From assembly GCA_963743885.1 (NCBI GenBank), contig CAVURJ010000001.1:76949-140948 (forward strand): a stretch of 64,000 nt of DNA, in the 5' to 3' direction. Every line of letters starts with the position of its first letter. Within the stretch, counting starts at the first letter, position 1. A program made the position numbers and the translations under genes. Origin of the DNA: Candidatus Moraniibacteriota bacterium. GTDB taxonomy: Bacteria > Patescibacteriota > Minisyncoccia > Moranbacterales > UBA1568. Under the pieces are notes generated by a model. The model did no database searches. It worked only from the letters and a program-made list of their open reading frames with translations, and was not told the DNA's origin. Below, piece by piece: positions 9,161-18,815 of the stretch.

Positions 9161-9895
9161 ATTGAAGCCATTTTTGTAAAATAAAACAGCCTTTCGGCCT
9201 TCATGTTCTTTTTTACTATACCCGACACCCTATTACCTATACCCTGTCTAGGAAATTGTTGGTGTCGGGCGCTACGTGCGCCCAATAATATAAATATTTG
9301 GCTGTAGCGCCCGACGTTGCATGTGCCAACACGCATGTCGGTCACGTAGCTCCGGGTGAGAAAGCATCGGTGATCCATTGATCATTCGTGTAGTTTGTGC
9401 ATATGCTGTGTTCGTGTTCGGTCCTAACGGTTCCGCTCACTTCTCCCTTCACCGTTCTCTGGCGCGAAGCCTTTGAGTTTGTTTGAAAGAACGATTTTTT
9501 GTTTCTTTTTGTTTTTCTCCTGACTGTATTATTTTTTCAGGATTGAACTTTGTTTTTGTTTTGGTCCTCGTGTTAGGGCGAGGCGGTTCCGATACGTTGC
9601 CGGAACGCTTGAACAGTGAAAGAATTCCCCTTCACAATCAGGGGGAGATTGTGATTGGGAATTCTTTCACCGTCCGTAAACGGTTGATGGGAGCTGGTTG
9701 TCAAGAAAACTCACTTACAAACTCATTATAGCAGAAAAAAAGCTCTTGGTCAACGCACATTGCATCATCATCGCTCATCAGAGCCTCTCTTTCTCTCTTC
9801 CGAAAACATTTACATCGCTTTCTTCACAATCATCGTTCCAAGAAAGTCTTTTGACTTTTTTTCTCGATCAGAAAAACGGCTTGCTCTCGGCAAAA

Positions 9896-10993
9896 CTACG
9901 GCTGCACGCGATCAACGATCGCACGGAGCGTATCCTTGCTCGATCCGATGAGCCACTGCTTGCCGCGCACCATATAATCAAATGAAAGATTCTGCTCGGC
10001 ATCGACATTGACGAAGCGGACCGTCTGCGATGCATAAGATCCAGAACGGAATGCCGCTTGTGCAGCGACCGACTGTTCCTTGCCGTAGAGGAATGTCTTG
10101 AATCCGGCCGGCACCTTGGCCTCTTCCTTTGTCAAACGTTCCGCAGCAAGCGTACTATCCTTGAAAGAAAGCGAGAGACCAAGACGGGTATTGTCCATAT
10201 CACCATACACGAAGATGGAGAACGGTTCCTCGATGAGGGCGACCAGATCGGCTGACAACCCAAGATCCGTGATAAAAGCGAAGCGGCTGAAAGCAATCGG
10301 GTTGTTGTTCTTATCAGTCACGAGAAACTCCACCGGACCAGCCATCTGCGCTTCAATAATCTTGGCTCCGGCCTCTGTGAGTGCCTGGCGAATGCTCGCA
10401 GCAGTCGCTGTCTCGACATCAATCGGGAGATAGTTCGGCTGATCGGCAGAGAATGGCGGTATAACTGGTACCGTATCTGTAGAATGATTCTCCACTGCCG
10501 GTGTCTCCGGTACGACTACTACTGGCGCTTCCGCGACCGGCTCAGATGCCGGCTGACGGTTCCAGAAAAGTAGGAAATAAGCCAAAATACCAAGAACTGA
10601 GAGCGCGAGTACGGCGATACCGAGACCGACCATGATTTTGCGGGTATTCGCTGAAATCGGCTTTTTTTCAGGATTTTCAAACGCTATACCACCAGGAGCG
10701 ACGGCCGGAGCAGGAGCAGCTTCCGCTCTAGCCCCAGGCGCTGCGAACGGTCCGACGGTGGGAACAACTGAAGCAGCTGGTACTGACCGATTGTCTGCAG
10801 AAGCAGTCTCAGACAAATGGAAATCGGGAGAAAACGGGTTGACACCGACGCTCTCAGCATGAATAATCGACGGTCGTTCAGCTGGCTTACCATCAAGATC
10901 ATCCTGCATAGTGCGGACAGCCGTGAAAAAGCTTGCCGGAATTTCCGGACCAGCTTCCTTGGTCAGGCTCTTGTCAGAAGAGAAAAAAGACAT
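9896..10993 (-). CDS. Hypothetical single-pass membrane protein
   Basis: 365 aa with a Pro/Ala-rich N-terminus, one TM helix (IMVGLGIAVLALSVLGILAYFLLF) and a roughly 200-aa C-terminal domain. Confidence 0.4.
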   Translation of the reverse strand: MSFFSSDKSLTKEAGPEIPASFFTAVRTMQDDLDGKPAERPSIIHAESVGVNPFSPDFHLSETASADNRSVPAASVVPTVGPFAAPGARAEAAPAPAVAPGGIAFENPEKKPISANTRKIMVGLGIAVLALSVLGILAYFLLFWNRQPASEPVAEAPVVVVPETPAVENHSTDTVPVIPPFSADQPNYLPIDVETATAASIRQALTEAGAKIIEAQMAGPVEFLVTDKNNNPIAFSRFAFITDLGLSADLVALIEEPFSIFVYGDMDNTRLGLSLSFKDSTLAAERLTKEEAKVPAGFKTFLYGKEQSVAAQAAFRSGSYASQTVRFVNVDAEQNLSFDYMVRGKQWLIGSSKDTLRAIVDRVQP

Positions 10994-11113
10994 ATATCGT
11001 AAGAATATTTGTTTTTACCCGACTCCGACCGCCTGGAAACATTTCCAGAAACGGAAAGAGGAAGAGATACATCTCTTCCTCTAGGATACACCAAATCCGT
11101 TGTCCGGGGAATA

Positions 11114-13246
11114 CTACTCTCCCTGTCCGGCGCCGTTCTCCGCATTCAGCTTGCGGACTGCGAGCTTGTGCGAGAGATTGATACGGCCCTGATCGTCGAT
11201 TTCCTTGACGATGACCGGGACGATATCGCCAACCTTCACGACATCTTCCACCTTCTCGACCCGGTTTTCAGCGAGCTCAGAGATATGGATGAGGCCTTCC
11301 TGATTCGGCAATACCTCGGCGAAAGCACCGAAGTTCATGATGCGAGTGATGCGGCCCTGGAAGAGCTCGCCTGCCTTCACTTCGCGAGTGATGTTGTTGA
11401 TCCACTCCACTGCCTTGGCAGCGCTCGTCTCATCGGTCGACGTGATGAAGACTGAGCCATCATCCTCGATATCAATCGAGACACCGGTCTCGTCGATGAT
11501 CTGGTTGATCATCTTGCCGCCCGGGCCGATGACGTCACGAATCTTCTCAGGATTGATGTGGAGCGTAATGATGCGCGGCGCGTACGGAGACATCGTCTTG
11601 CGTACCTCCGGAATCGTCGCGAGCATCTTGTCCATGATGAAGAGCCGGCCTTCAAGCGCCTGTGCGATAGCGACCTTCAGCATCGCCGGGGTCAAACCAT
11701 CGATCTTCACATCCATCTGCATGGCGGTGATACCATCCTTGGTACCAGCCACCTTGAAGTCCATATCACCATAGTGATCCTCGAGACCCTGGATATCGGT
11801 CAGTACCTTGTACTCACCGTCCTTGCCTGTGATCACACCCATCGCGATACCCGCGACCGGCTTCTTGATCGGCACGCCAGCATCCATGAGGGAGAGCGTA
11901 GAACCGCAAGTAGACGCCATAGAAGACGATCCGTTAGACTCGAGCACCTCAGAAACGAGGAGAATCGTGTACGGGAAATCTTCCTTGCTCGGAAGCACCG
12001 GCACGAGCGCCTTCTCAGCGAGCGCACCATGGCCCACCTCGCGACGACCCGGTCCACGCATCGGACGAACTTCGCCGACAGAATACGGCGGGAAGTTGTA
12101 GAAGTGCATGTAGCGCTTCTTCATGTCGGTCTGCATCGTATCGACAACCATCTCATCGCCAGGAGCGCCGAGCGTCGTGACTGTCAGAGCCTGCGTCTCA
12201 CCACGTGTGAAGAGCCCGGTACCATGCGTGCGCGGCAGGATGCCGACGTTGCAGGTGATCGGGCGGATCTCCGTCACGCCGCGTCCATCCGGACGGGCAC
12301 CCTTCTTCAGAATATTCTCATGCACCGCTTCGTCGGAGACTTCTTCAGTGATGATGGAGAGGATCTCAGAGAGATTCTTCTGGTCCGGATACTTCTCAGA
12401 TGCATACTTCGCGATCTCTGCATTGATCTCAGCAGTCTTCACCTCCATCGCCTGCTTCGGGCGGAGATACAGAGCATCAGCGAGACCGACGCCCTGGCAG
12501 AATGCACGGATATCTGCCTCGAATTCATCAGAACCACGAAGGAGTGCTGCCGGGCGCTTCTCCTTGCCGGCCTCCTTGCGAATCTCTTCGATGAAGGTCG
12601 CAATCTTCTGGACAGCCTCGAAGCCGAACTCGAACGCTTCACCCATCTTCTCCTCGGTGATCTCATTGGCACCACACTCAATCATGTTGATCTTATCCTT
12701 GGTACCGGAGACCAAGAGGTCGAGTATGCTCCCCTCGCGCTCTTCGCTCGAAGGATTGAGGACGAATGCATCGTTCTGGAGACCGACGCGCACGGCGCCG
12801 ATCGGTCCGTTCCACGGAATATCCGAGAGCGTGAGCGCAGCCGAAGCAGCGATCATCGCTACGAGATCCGGATCGTTCTCGCCATCATACGACAGCGTCG
12901 TCACGACCACCTGCACCTCATTGCGCATGCGGCTATCGAACAGCGGGCGGACCGTGCGGTCCACGGCGCGTCCCGAAAGCACGGCGTCGTCCGACGGACG
13001 GCCTTCGCGCTTGATAAAGCGAGATCCCTTGATCTTGCCGGCGGCATAATACCGCTCCTCATAGTCCACCATGAGCGGGAAATAGCCCGTGATCTTGGAC
13101 ATTTCCTTGCTCATCGTCGCAGCGGCGAGGACGACCGTGTCGCCATAACGCGCTGTCACCGATCCGCTCGCCTGCTTGGCAAGCGTCCCTGTCTCGATAG
13201 TCAACTCGCGACCGCCGAGCTGCAGAGACCATTTCTTCTCCTGCAT
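11114..13246 (-). CDS. pnp: Polyribonucleotide nucleotidyltransferase (PNPase)
   Basis: 710 aa with two RNase PH domains, KH and a C-terminal S1 (GELFQGRITRIMNFGAFAEVLPNQEGLIHISEL); typical pnp position downstream of rpsO. Confidence 0.95.
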   Translation of the reverse strand: MQEKKWSLQLGGRELTIETGTLAKQASGSVTARYGDTVVLAAATMSKEMSKITGYFPLMVDYEERYYAAGKIKGSRFIKREGRPSDDAVLSGRAVDRTVRPLFDSRMRNEVQVVVTTLSYDGENDPDLVAMIAASAALTLSDIPWNGPIGAVRVGLQNDAFVLNPSSEEREGSILDLLVSGTKDKINMIECGANEITEEKMGEAFEFGFEAVQKIATFIEEIRKEAGKEKRPAALLRGSDEFEADIRAFCQGVGLADALYLRPKQAMEVKTAEINAEIAKYASEKYPDQKNLSEILSIITEEVSDEAVHENILKKGARPDGRGVTEIRPITCNVGILPRTHGTGLFTRGETQALTVTTLGAPGDEMVVDTMQTDMKKRYMHFYNFPPYSVGEVRPMRGPGRREVGHGALAEKALVPVLPSKEDFPYTILLVSEVLESNGSSSMASTCGSTLSLMDAGVPIKKPVAGIAMGVITGKDGEYKVLTDIQGLEDHYGDMDFKVAGTKDGITAMQMDVKIDGLTPAMLKVAIAQALEGRLFIMDKMLATIPEVRKTMSPYAPRIITLHINPEKIRDVIGPGGKMINQIIDETGVSIDIEDDGSVFITSTDETSAAKAVEWINNITREVKAGELFQGRITRIMNFGAFAEVLPNQEGLIHISELAENRVEKVEDVVKVGDIVPVIVKEIDDQGRINLSHKLAVRKLNAENGAGQGE

Positions 13247-13464
13247 ATGGTATGCTGGCCCCGTCCAAGCTCATAAACACGCGGGTATCAGCGAACAATA
13301 AGCAGTGAACAATGAACAAAAAGGCTTAGTCTAGCATTTCTGTTCCTTGCTCCCTGTTCGCTGCTCTCTGACTCCCGTGTAGCTATAAACCTGAAAAGAG
13401 CCTTAATTAAGATTAACTACCCTTAGAGTAGCGTCATTTTCGCTCTTTTGTCAAAGAAAAAACC

Positions 13465-13500
13465 GACAACAGAGGATTCTGTTGTCGGCATGGGTCGAAC
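13465..13500 (-). terminator. Terminator hairpin after pyrC
   Basis: ccgacaacagaggattctgttgtcgg hairpin with an A-run on plus (T-run on the minus strand) just below the pyrC stop. Confidence 0.5.
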
Positions 13501-13505
13501 GTTGT

Positions 13506-14576
13506 TCAACCAGGGTACTCGAGGCCTTCCACTTGCCAATAGACCGTTTCGCCAGCCCGGAAGGGAACGACGACGTTCTCACCGAACGGATAGCTCGCTG
13601 GCACTGTCCACGGCCGACGCACGAGCGTGATCGTGTCGCGATTGCGCGTCAAGCCGTAAAAGTCCGCACCGAAATGGCTGGCGAACCCTTCCAACTGACC
13701 AAGTGCGCCGATGGAGTCGAACGCTTCAGCATAGAGCTCGATGGCTGCATGAGCCGTGAAGCAGCCTGCGCAGCCACATCCGCACTCCTTCGTCCCCTTG
13801 GCATGCGGCGCCGAATCGGTCCCAAGGAAAAACTTGGGGCTCCCAGACGTCGCCGCGAGAAGCAGTGCTTCACGATCACTTTCGCGCTTGAGAATCGGCA
13901 GACAATAGTAGTGCGGCCGGATGCCTCCGCGAAAGATCGCGTTGCGGTTCTCGAGAAGATGGTGCGCCGTGATGGTCGCAGCGACGCCCGGACGAGCGAC
14001 TTCCACGAACCCCACCGCGTCAGCCGTCGTCACATGTTCGAGCACAATCCGGAGTTTCGGATAGCTGTCGACGAGTTCGAGGAGCACTTCTTCGAGGAAG
14101 CGGCGCTCACGATCGAAGATATCCACTTCGCCGTTCTCGTTCCGGAGCTGCTCGCCATGAATACAGAGCACGACACCGTACTCCTCCATCGCTTCGAACA
14201 CCGCTTCCATTTTTGCGATATCCGTCACGCCATCGGCCGAGTTAGTCGTGGCGCCAGCCGGATAGAGCTTGGCTGCGATGATATGCGTCAGATTTGCTGC
14301 CTCCTTGATTTCCTCTGGAGTCGTGCTGTTCGTAAGGTAAAGTGTCATGAATGGATCAAACCTTAACTTCCTTCCAATCGTAAACAATACCCGACTGTAA
14401 TACTCGCACGCCCGTTCCACCGTTGTTACCGGTGGCTTCAAGTTAGGCATAATGAGTGCCCGGCCGAAGACGCGCGCCGTATGAGCTAGCGCACTCGCCA
14501 TCGCCGCACCATCACGCAGATGCGCATGCCAGTCATCCGGACGGATGATAGTGATGCTTCCGACTTTCATTGCCAT
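13506..14576 (-). CDS. pyrC: Dihydroorotase
   Basis: 356 aa; N-terminal ITIIRPDDWHAHLRDG (DxHxHLR metal-binding motif of the amidohydrolase dihydroorotase). Confidence 0.8.
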   Translation of the reverse strand: MAMKVGSITIIRPDDWHAHLRDGAAMASALAHTARVFGRALIMPNLKPPVTTVERACEYYSRVLFTIGRKLRFDPFMTLYLTNSTTPEEIKEAANLTHIIAAKLYPAGATTNSADGVTDIAKMEAVFEAMEEYGVVLCIHGEQLRNENGEVDIFDRERRFLEEVLLELVDSYPKLRIVLEHVTTADAVGFVEVARPGVAATITAHHLLENRNAIFRGGIRPHYYCLPILKRESDREALLLAATSGSPKFFLGTDSAPHAKGTKECGCGCAGCFTAHAAIELYAEAFDSIGALGQLEGFASHFGADFYGLTRNRDTITLVRRPWTVPASYPFGENVVVPFRAGETVYWQVEGLEYPG

Positions 14577-14588
14577 GTGATTCTCCTT

Positions 14589-15593
14589 TCAGGACTCTTG
14601 CCTAATGAGTTGGTATTGCAGATCATCACTTCCGGCGATAAGACTCGAAAAGACACGCGGGTCGTTATCGGCATAAAACGGAAGCGAGGTCAGAGCGACG
14701 GCATCAGCCTCATTTCTGAGACATTCCGCCGCATGATCGCCAGTCGTGATACCGCCCGAAGCGATGATGCTCATGGACTCGGGCAAGACAGAACGGGCAC
14801 GCCTGATGAAAGCGATTGTGTTCTCCCGCAGGATTTCTCCCGAGAGTCCGGCTTTGCCGCCATTCGGCGTCGTAACCGGATGCCCGTCTGCATCGCGCCA
14901 AATCACGTTCGGAAGCGTGTTGCCATAAACGACAGCGCACACGAATCGATACTTCGCGATAAGTTTCACGACCTCGTCGATGAAATCCATCGTCACTGTC
15001 GGAACATGCGAGAAATCAAGGCGCGGATATTTGCTCGCAACCATCTCGATCCACTCGCGCGTGACATACCGCGAAAGTTTGATCCAGAGCGGCTTCTTGA
15101 GCTGCAACCGGATGAACGCCTCAAGGATCTGATGCAGCGACTCGAAGTCATGGCCGATTGGCACCACTCGCTTCTCGTGCTTGTTCGGACAGCCGAGATT
15201 CGCCTTGATTGCCGCAATACACTCGACATCTTGGAAGGCTTCCGCACCGGCGACGTAATCACTGACGCCGTCCCCAGCGATGCTGACCACGAGCGGTTTA
15301 CAGAACGAATACTGTTGCAACAAACGTGCAGTCGATTCATAGCCGTCATTCGGCATGCCGAACGAATTGGAGGCAACCCCCTCTCGAAGGAAACTCCCAA
15401 GATCCGGCGGATAAAACAGCGTGCCTTCGTTGCCGGTACTCTTCCCGGGCGTAATCGACCCGAGTGTCACAGCTCCGACCTGAGCGGTCGGATCCATGTA
15501 CTTAAGCGCCTGGGGCAGATACTTGCACGCTCCGGCGCCGACAATGATCGGCAGATCCATCTCGACACCACCAACACAAAACGGCTTGTTCAC
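14589..15593 (-). CDS. pyrD: Dihydroorotate dehydrogenase family protein (class 1-like)
   Basis: 334 aa; FMN TIM-barrel motifs PIIVGAGA, NLGCPN (catalytic Cys loop) and IIASGGITTGDHAAE. Confidence 0.6.
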   Translation of the reverse strand: MNKPFCVGGVEMDLPIIVGAGACKYLPQALKYMDPTAQVGAVTLGSITPGKSTGNEGTLFYPPDLGSFLREGVASNSFGMPNDGYESTARLLQQYSFCKPLVVSIAGDGVSDYVAGAEAFQDVECIAAIKANLGCPNKHEKRVVPIGHDFESLHQILEAFIRLQLKKPLWIKLSRYVTREWIEMVASKYPRLDFSHVPTVTMDFIDEVVKLIAKYRFVCAVVYGNTLPNVIWRDADGHPVTTPNGGKAGLSGEILRENTIAFIRRARSVLPESMSIIASGGITTGDHAAECLRNEADAVALTSLPFYADNDPRVFSSLIAGSDDLQYQLIRQES

Positions 15594-15793
15594 GATTTTT
15601 CCTCTCTTTCAGATTGTTTAGGTACGGAAAAGAGACCAGTAAACCGGTCCCTCCTTGGGCCGAAGAGTACCGGAAACCCCTGTTTTTGTCAAAAGGCCGT
15701 GGAACCTTGACACTAGGCGAAAATCGGCCTACTCTGCCATCAAGTTGCTTACCAATCAACACCTATCCACAACCCTACCAGAGGAGATGCATC

Positions 15794-16534
15794 ATGAACA
15801 GGAAGCTGCTTCTCGTAGTAACGACCAATCCAACGCTTTCGAGCAAATACGCCGACATCGCGAACGGGTCACCAGGCATCGAAGCCAAAGCGCTCTGTCC
15901 AGCGAACGGGCTCTCAACGCTCCTTCTGCTTCTCAAGAGCCGGTTCAGCGATGCGGATGGTGTGCTCCTTTCACCGGACACGCTCCATATCTTCGACCGT
16001 ACACCGGAAGATGCTATCCGGCAGATTCGCGAAGCGAAACCGTCAATCCGCATCCTCATCCTCAAAATTGGCGGATTGACGAAAAAGTCCGAGCCAGAAC
16101 AACGGATGATCGCGGCCAGCGCCGACGGCATCTATATCGGCATCGACCCGTCGATAAATGATTTCCGCCACTGGATAGCCTCCGAAATGGATCGGCCCGC
16201 CGGAATGAAGGGCCGAATCTACAAGGGAAAGCTGCGCCAGCAATCGGCCTACTCAGCGAAACCTGTCGCGAAACCAGCGCCGACCATAGTACTGGGCGAA
16301 GACCTAGACGAGTTCACAGAAGATGATGTGGGCATTTCTCCAGAAGAGCGGAATATCTCTTTGGAAGAGCCGAGCGCCCCTCCTGTCCACCGGCCCTATC
16401 CCACGCCGGATCGGAAAAGGAATCGTCCAGCAGGACGGACCGCACTCTCGGCTATCGACACGCTCCGCGAACGCCGCGATGGCAATTCCTGGCTCTTCAA
16501 AGTGCCACCGCAATCTGCCGCCAAAGGAAAGTAG
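15794..16534 (+). CDS. Hypothetical protein
   Basis: Internal start MNRKLLLVVTTNPT preceded by GAGGAG at 15781. The ORF-track N-terminal extension overlaps pyrD antisense. No recognisable domain. Confidence 0.4.
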   Translation: MNRKLLLVVTTNPTLSSKYADIANGSPGIEAKALCPANGLSTLLLLLKSRFSDADGVLLSPDTLHIFDRTPEDAIRQIREAKPSIRILILKIGGLTKKSEPEQRMIAASADGIYIGIDPSINDFRHWIASEMDRPAGMKGRIYKGKLRQQSAYSAKPVAKPAPTIVLGEDLDEFTEDDVGISPEERNISLEEPSAPPVHRPYPTPDRKRNRPAGRTALSAIDTLRERRDGNSWLFKVPPQSAAKGK

Positions 16535-16600
16535 GAAAGACTCCAAAAACGAAAGCGGCTACCGCAAACGCGATAGCCGTCTTTTTTTACCATCAATCCC

Positions 16601-17107
16601 CTACGAGATGAGGAACTGGCGCTTGCCTTCGGAAATATTCATGAAATCATCCGCGGCATCGATGAGCTTGGCCGAAGCCGACTCAGCGAACGCAACCACC
16701 TCGACGCGACAACCGTACGTGTTCTGGATGTACTCGACAAGCGAGACATAGTCCCCGTCGCCGGAGAGGAGCACCACGACGTCCACTTTGGAAGCCATCT
16801 TGATGGCATCGACCGCGATGCCTACGTCCCAGTCGCCTTTCTTGGAACCGTCCGGAAAGATCTGGAGGTCCTTGGTCTTGACCTCGTAGCCACTCTTCTC
16901 GAGCGCCTCGAAGAATTTCTCTTCCGTCGCCTCGGACGTCTTGATGCCGTACGCGATGGCGCGGATGAGCTTGCGACCGCCAGTCGCAGCCTCGAGGACA
17001 TTGCGATAATTCACTTTTTTCCCATACAGCACGCGAGCGCTGTAGTAGAGGTTGGCGACATCCACCAGGACAGCGATGCGCTGGTCAGAATGCTTAGCTG
17101 TATTCAT
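16601..17107 (-). CDS. NYN/LabA-like (PIN-like) domain protein
   Basis: 168 aa; IAVLVDVANLYYSA ... VVLLSGDGDYVSLVEY is the NYN/LabA signature. Confidence 0.6.
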   Translation of the reverse strand: MNTAKHSDQRIAVLVDVANLYYSARVLYGKKVNYRNVLEAATGGRKLIRAIAYGIKTSEATEEKFFEALEKSGYEVKTKDLQIFPDGSKKGDWDVGIAVDAIKMASKVDVVVLLSGDGDYVSLVEYIQNTYGCRVEVVAFAESASAKLIDAADDFMNISEGKRQFLIS

Positions 17108-17163
17108 ATATGCTGTGTCTTAAGAAAAAAATATCCCGAGCAGAAGCCCGGGATATGCCATAT

Positions 17164-17433
17164 CTAGAGTCCGAGGGTCTTGACCAACTCCTTGTGGGCC
17201 GATGCATTGGTCTTCTCGAGATAAGCGAGAAGCCGCTTGCGCTTGGCGACCATCTTGAGGAGTCCGCGGCGGGAATGGAAGTCCTTCTTGTTCTTCTTGA
17301 GGTGAGCGGTCAATTTCTTGATCTGCTCCGTGAAGACCGCGACCTGGTACTCCGGTGACCCGGTGTCCTTGTCATGGCGCTTGACCCCTCCGGCGACCTT
17401 CTCCTTCTGCTTGTGCGTGAGTGCCATAGGCAT
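17164..17433 (-). CDS. rpsO: 30S ribosomal protein S15
   Basis: 89 aa; GSPEYQVAVFTEQIKKLTAHLKKNKKDFHSRRGLLKMV. Confidence 0.9.
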   Translation of the reverse strand: MPMALTHKQKEKVAGGVKRHDKDTGSPEYQVAVFTEQIKKLTAHLKKNKKDFHSRRGLLKMVAKRKRLLAYLEKTNASAHKELVKTLGL

Positions 17434-17540
17434 TCTTGTCAGCTATGCATTCGTTCCTCCACCTCTCGGCGCGGGACCAATGCACGCTCGTTGTAAAAAT
17501 ATTAACAAAAGGACTATAACACGGATTCCTTTTTGAAGCA

Positions 17541-17572
17541 AGAAAAAGGGCGCGCGATGCGTGCCCTTTGCT
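17541..17572 (-). terminator. Terminator hairpin (minus strand)
   Basis: aagggcgcgcgatgcgtgccctt stem; the minus-strand reading is followed by TTTTT. Confidence 0.35.
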
Positions 17573-17573
17573 G

Positions 17574-17750
17574 CTATCCGATTTTTCCGGACTTCATCTC
17601 CTGATCCGCCACGGGAACCAGCGGCTTGGACTGGAAACTGACGCTTCCCCCATCCGGTGCCGGAACGAATCCTCCGCAGGGAACAATCCGAAGTTCCGGT
17701 TCGAGCGGCCGCACCACGACCGCGAAATCGCTTTCCTGGCCATCTGCCAT
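17574..17750 (-). CDS. Possible small protein (about 58 aa from MADGQESDF...), unsupported
   Basis: ORF 17574..17807 with an in-frame internal Met; followed by the hairpin terminator at 17541..17572. No homology recognised. Confidence 0.2.
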   Translation of the reverse strand: MADGQESDFAVVVRPLEPELRIVPCGGFVPAPDGGSVSFQSKPLVPVADQEMKSGKIG

Positions 17751-17845
17751 TTCACTACCCCTCTCAAAAAAATGCGATACATCTATAGATACAGAAAAAC
17801 CTGCCATTTGGCAAGTTTTCCACTTTTTGACATATTACTAAGAAG

Positions 17846-18718
17846 TTGTATAATTTATTATGTAAGTCATACAAACAAAAGATTGTGACAGATACGCAGC
17901 AAAAGACACATGAAGAGAATCTGAACAAAAACCAGCCTCAATACAGGCTCTTTATTGATGAGCTCGGTACCGCTAACACGAAAGATGTCCAATCAAGCCT
18001 TTATTTGCTGGCAGGTTGTTCAGTAAATGAGGCTGACCGGCAAAATATAAAAACCTGGGCCGATCATATCAAATTCAAATATTGGGGCCATACCGACGTG
18101 GTATTTCATTCCAGAGAAATCGGGAGAAGAGAGGGTGATTTTGAGATTTTCAAAAATAAAAAGGTTTTTGAAGAATTCCTTGAAGACTTAGGGCGATTTC
18201 TTCTTTGCTCTCGATTTAAAATGTTCTTTGTCATAGTCGACAAGGAAGCTGCTCGAGCTGCGGGATGGAATGACATAAAAATCTATCAAGAAACATCGGA
18301 CTCTATCGTAAAAAACTTCTTGCTCATCCTGCTTTCCGGGGATTCCACTGGAAAAGTGGTTATAGAATCAGCGACTGCAGAAAAAGATTTCTATTTCCAC
18401 AGAGCATTGGGACACTTTCTCTCAGAGGGAATACCCGAACTCAATGTAAAATTCAAAAAAGCCCAAGAAACAATCACTTCCATCTCTTTCGTTACGAAAA
18501 AAAATCATGATATCGAAGAGCAGGTCGCCGATCTCTTCGCCTACGCCGCAAAATGCAAGTACCTCCAGAAACGAAAGGTGCCTTACAAGGAAGGCACCTA
18601 TGAAAAAATGATAATGGAAGTACTCGAGAAAAAATTATTCAAGATTCCAAAGGATGCCGCGCCAAAAAAAATGCGATTTTTTTCAAAAGTATCTTCATTC
18701 AAGATTTTTCCTGATTAG
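17846..18718 (+). CDS. DUF3800-family protein (uncharacterised) in a low-GC island
   Basis: 290 aa; YRLFIDELGTA resembles the DUF3800 N-terminal Y-x-D-E-S-G core. Local GC is about 38% versus about 58% in the flanking genes. A consensus TTGACA-17-TATAAT sits at 17827..17854 and overlaps the annotated ATG, so the true start may be GTG at 17884. Confidence 0.45.
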   Translation: MYNLLCKSYKQKIVTDTQQKTHEENLNKNQPQYRLFIDELGTANTKDVQSSLYLLAGCSVNEADRQNIKTWADHIKFKYWGHTDVVFHSREIGRREGDFEIFKNKKVFEEFLEDLGRFLLCSRFKMFFVIVDKEAARAAGWNDIKIYQETSDSIVKNFLLILLSGDSTGKVVIESATAEKDFYFHRALGHFLSEGIPELNVKFKKAQETITSISFVTKKNHDIEEQVADLFAYAAKCKYLQKRKVPYKEGTYEKMIMEVLEKKLFKIPKDAAPKKMRFFSKVSSFKIFPD

Positions 18719-18815
18719 ACAACAAAAAAACCGGATCGCGGCATCACGCTCGCTCCCCGGTTTCTTATGAATCAATTATAGCAAAAACATACGCCTTGTC
18801 AAGCCGACGACTTGA

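Noticed and set aside
11558-13276. 572-aa plus-strand ORF (and 12123..13049, 11337..11774)
   Set aside because: Antisense to pnp. Arg/His/Leu-rich composition typical of shadow ORFs in GC-rich coding DNA.
14520-15710. 396-aa plus-strand ORF
   Set aside because: Antisense to pyrC/pyrD.
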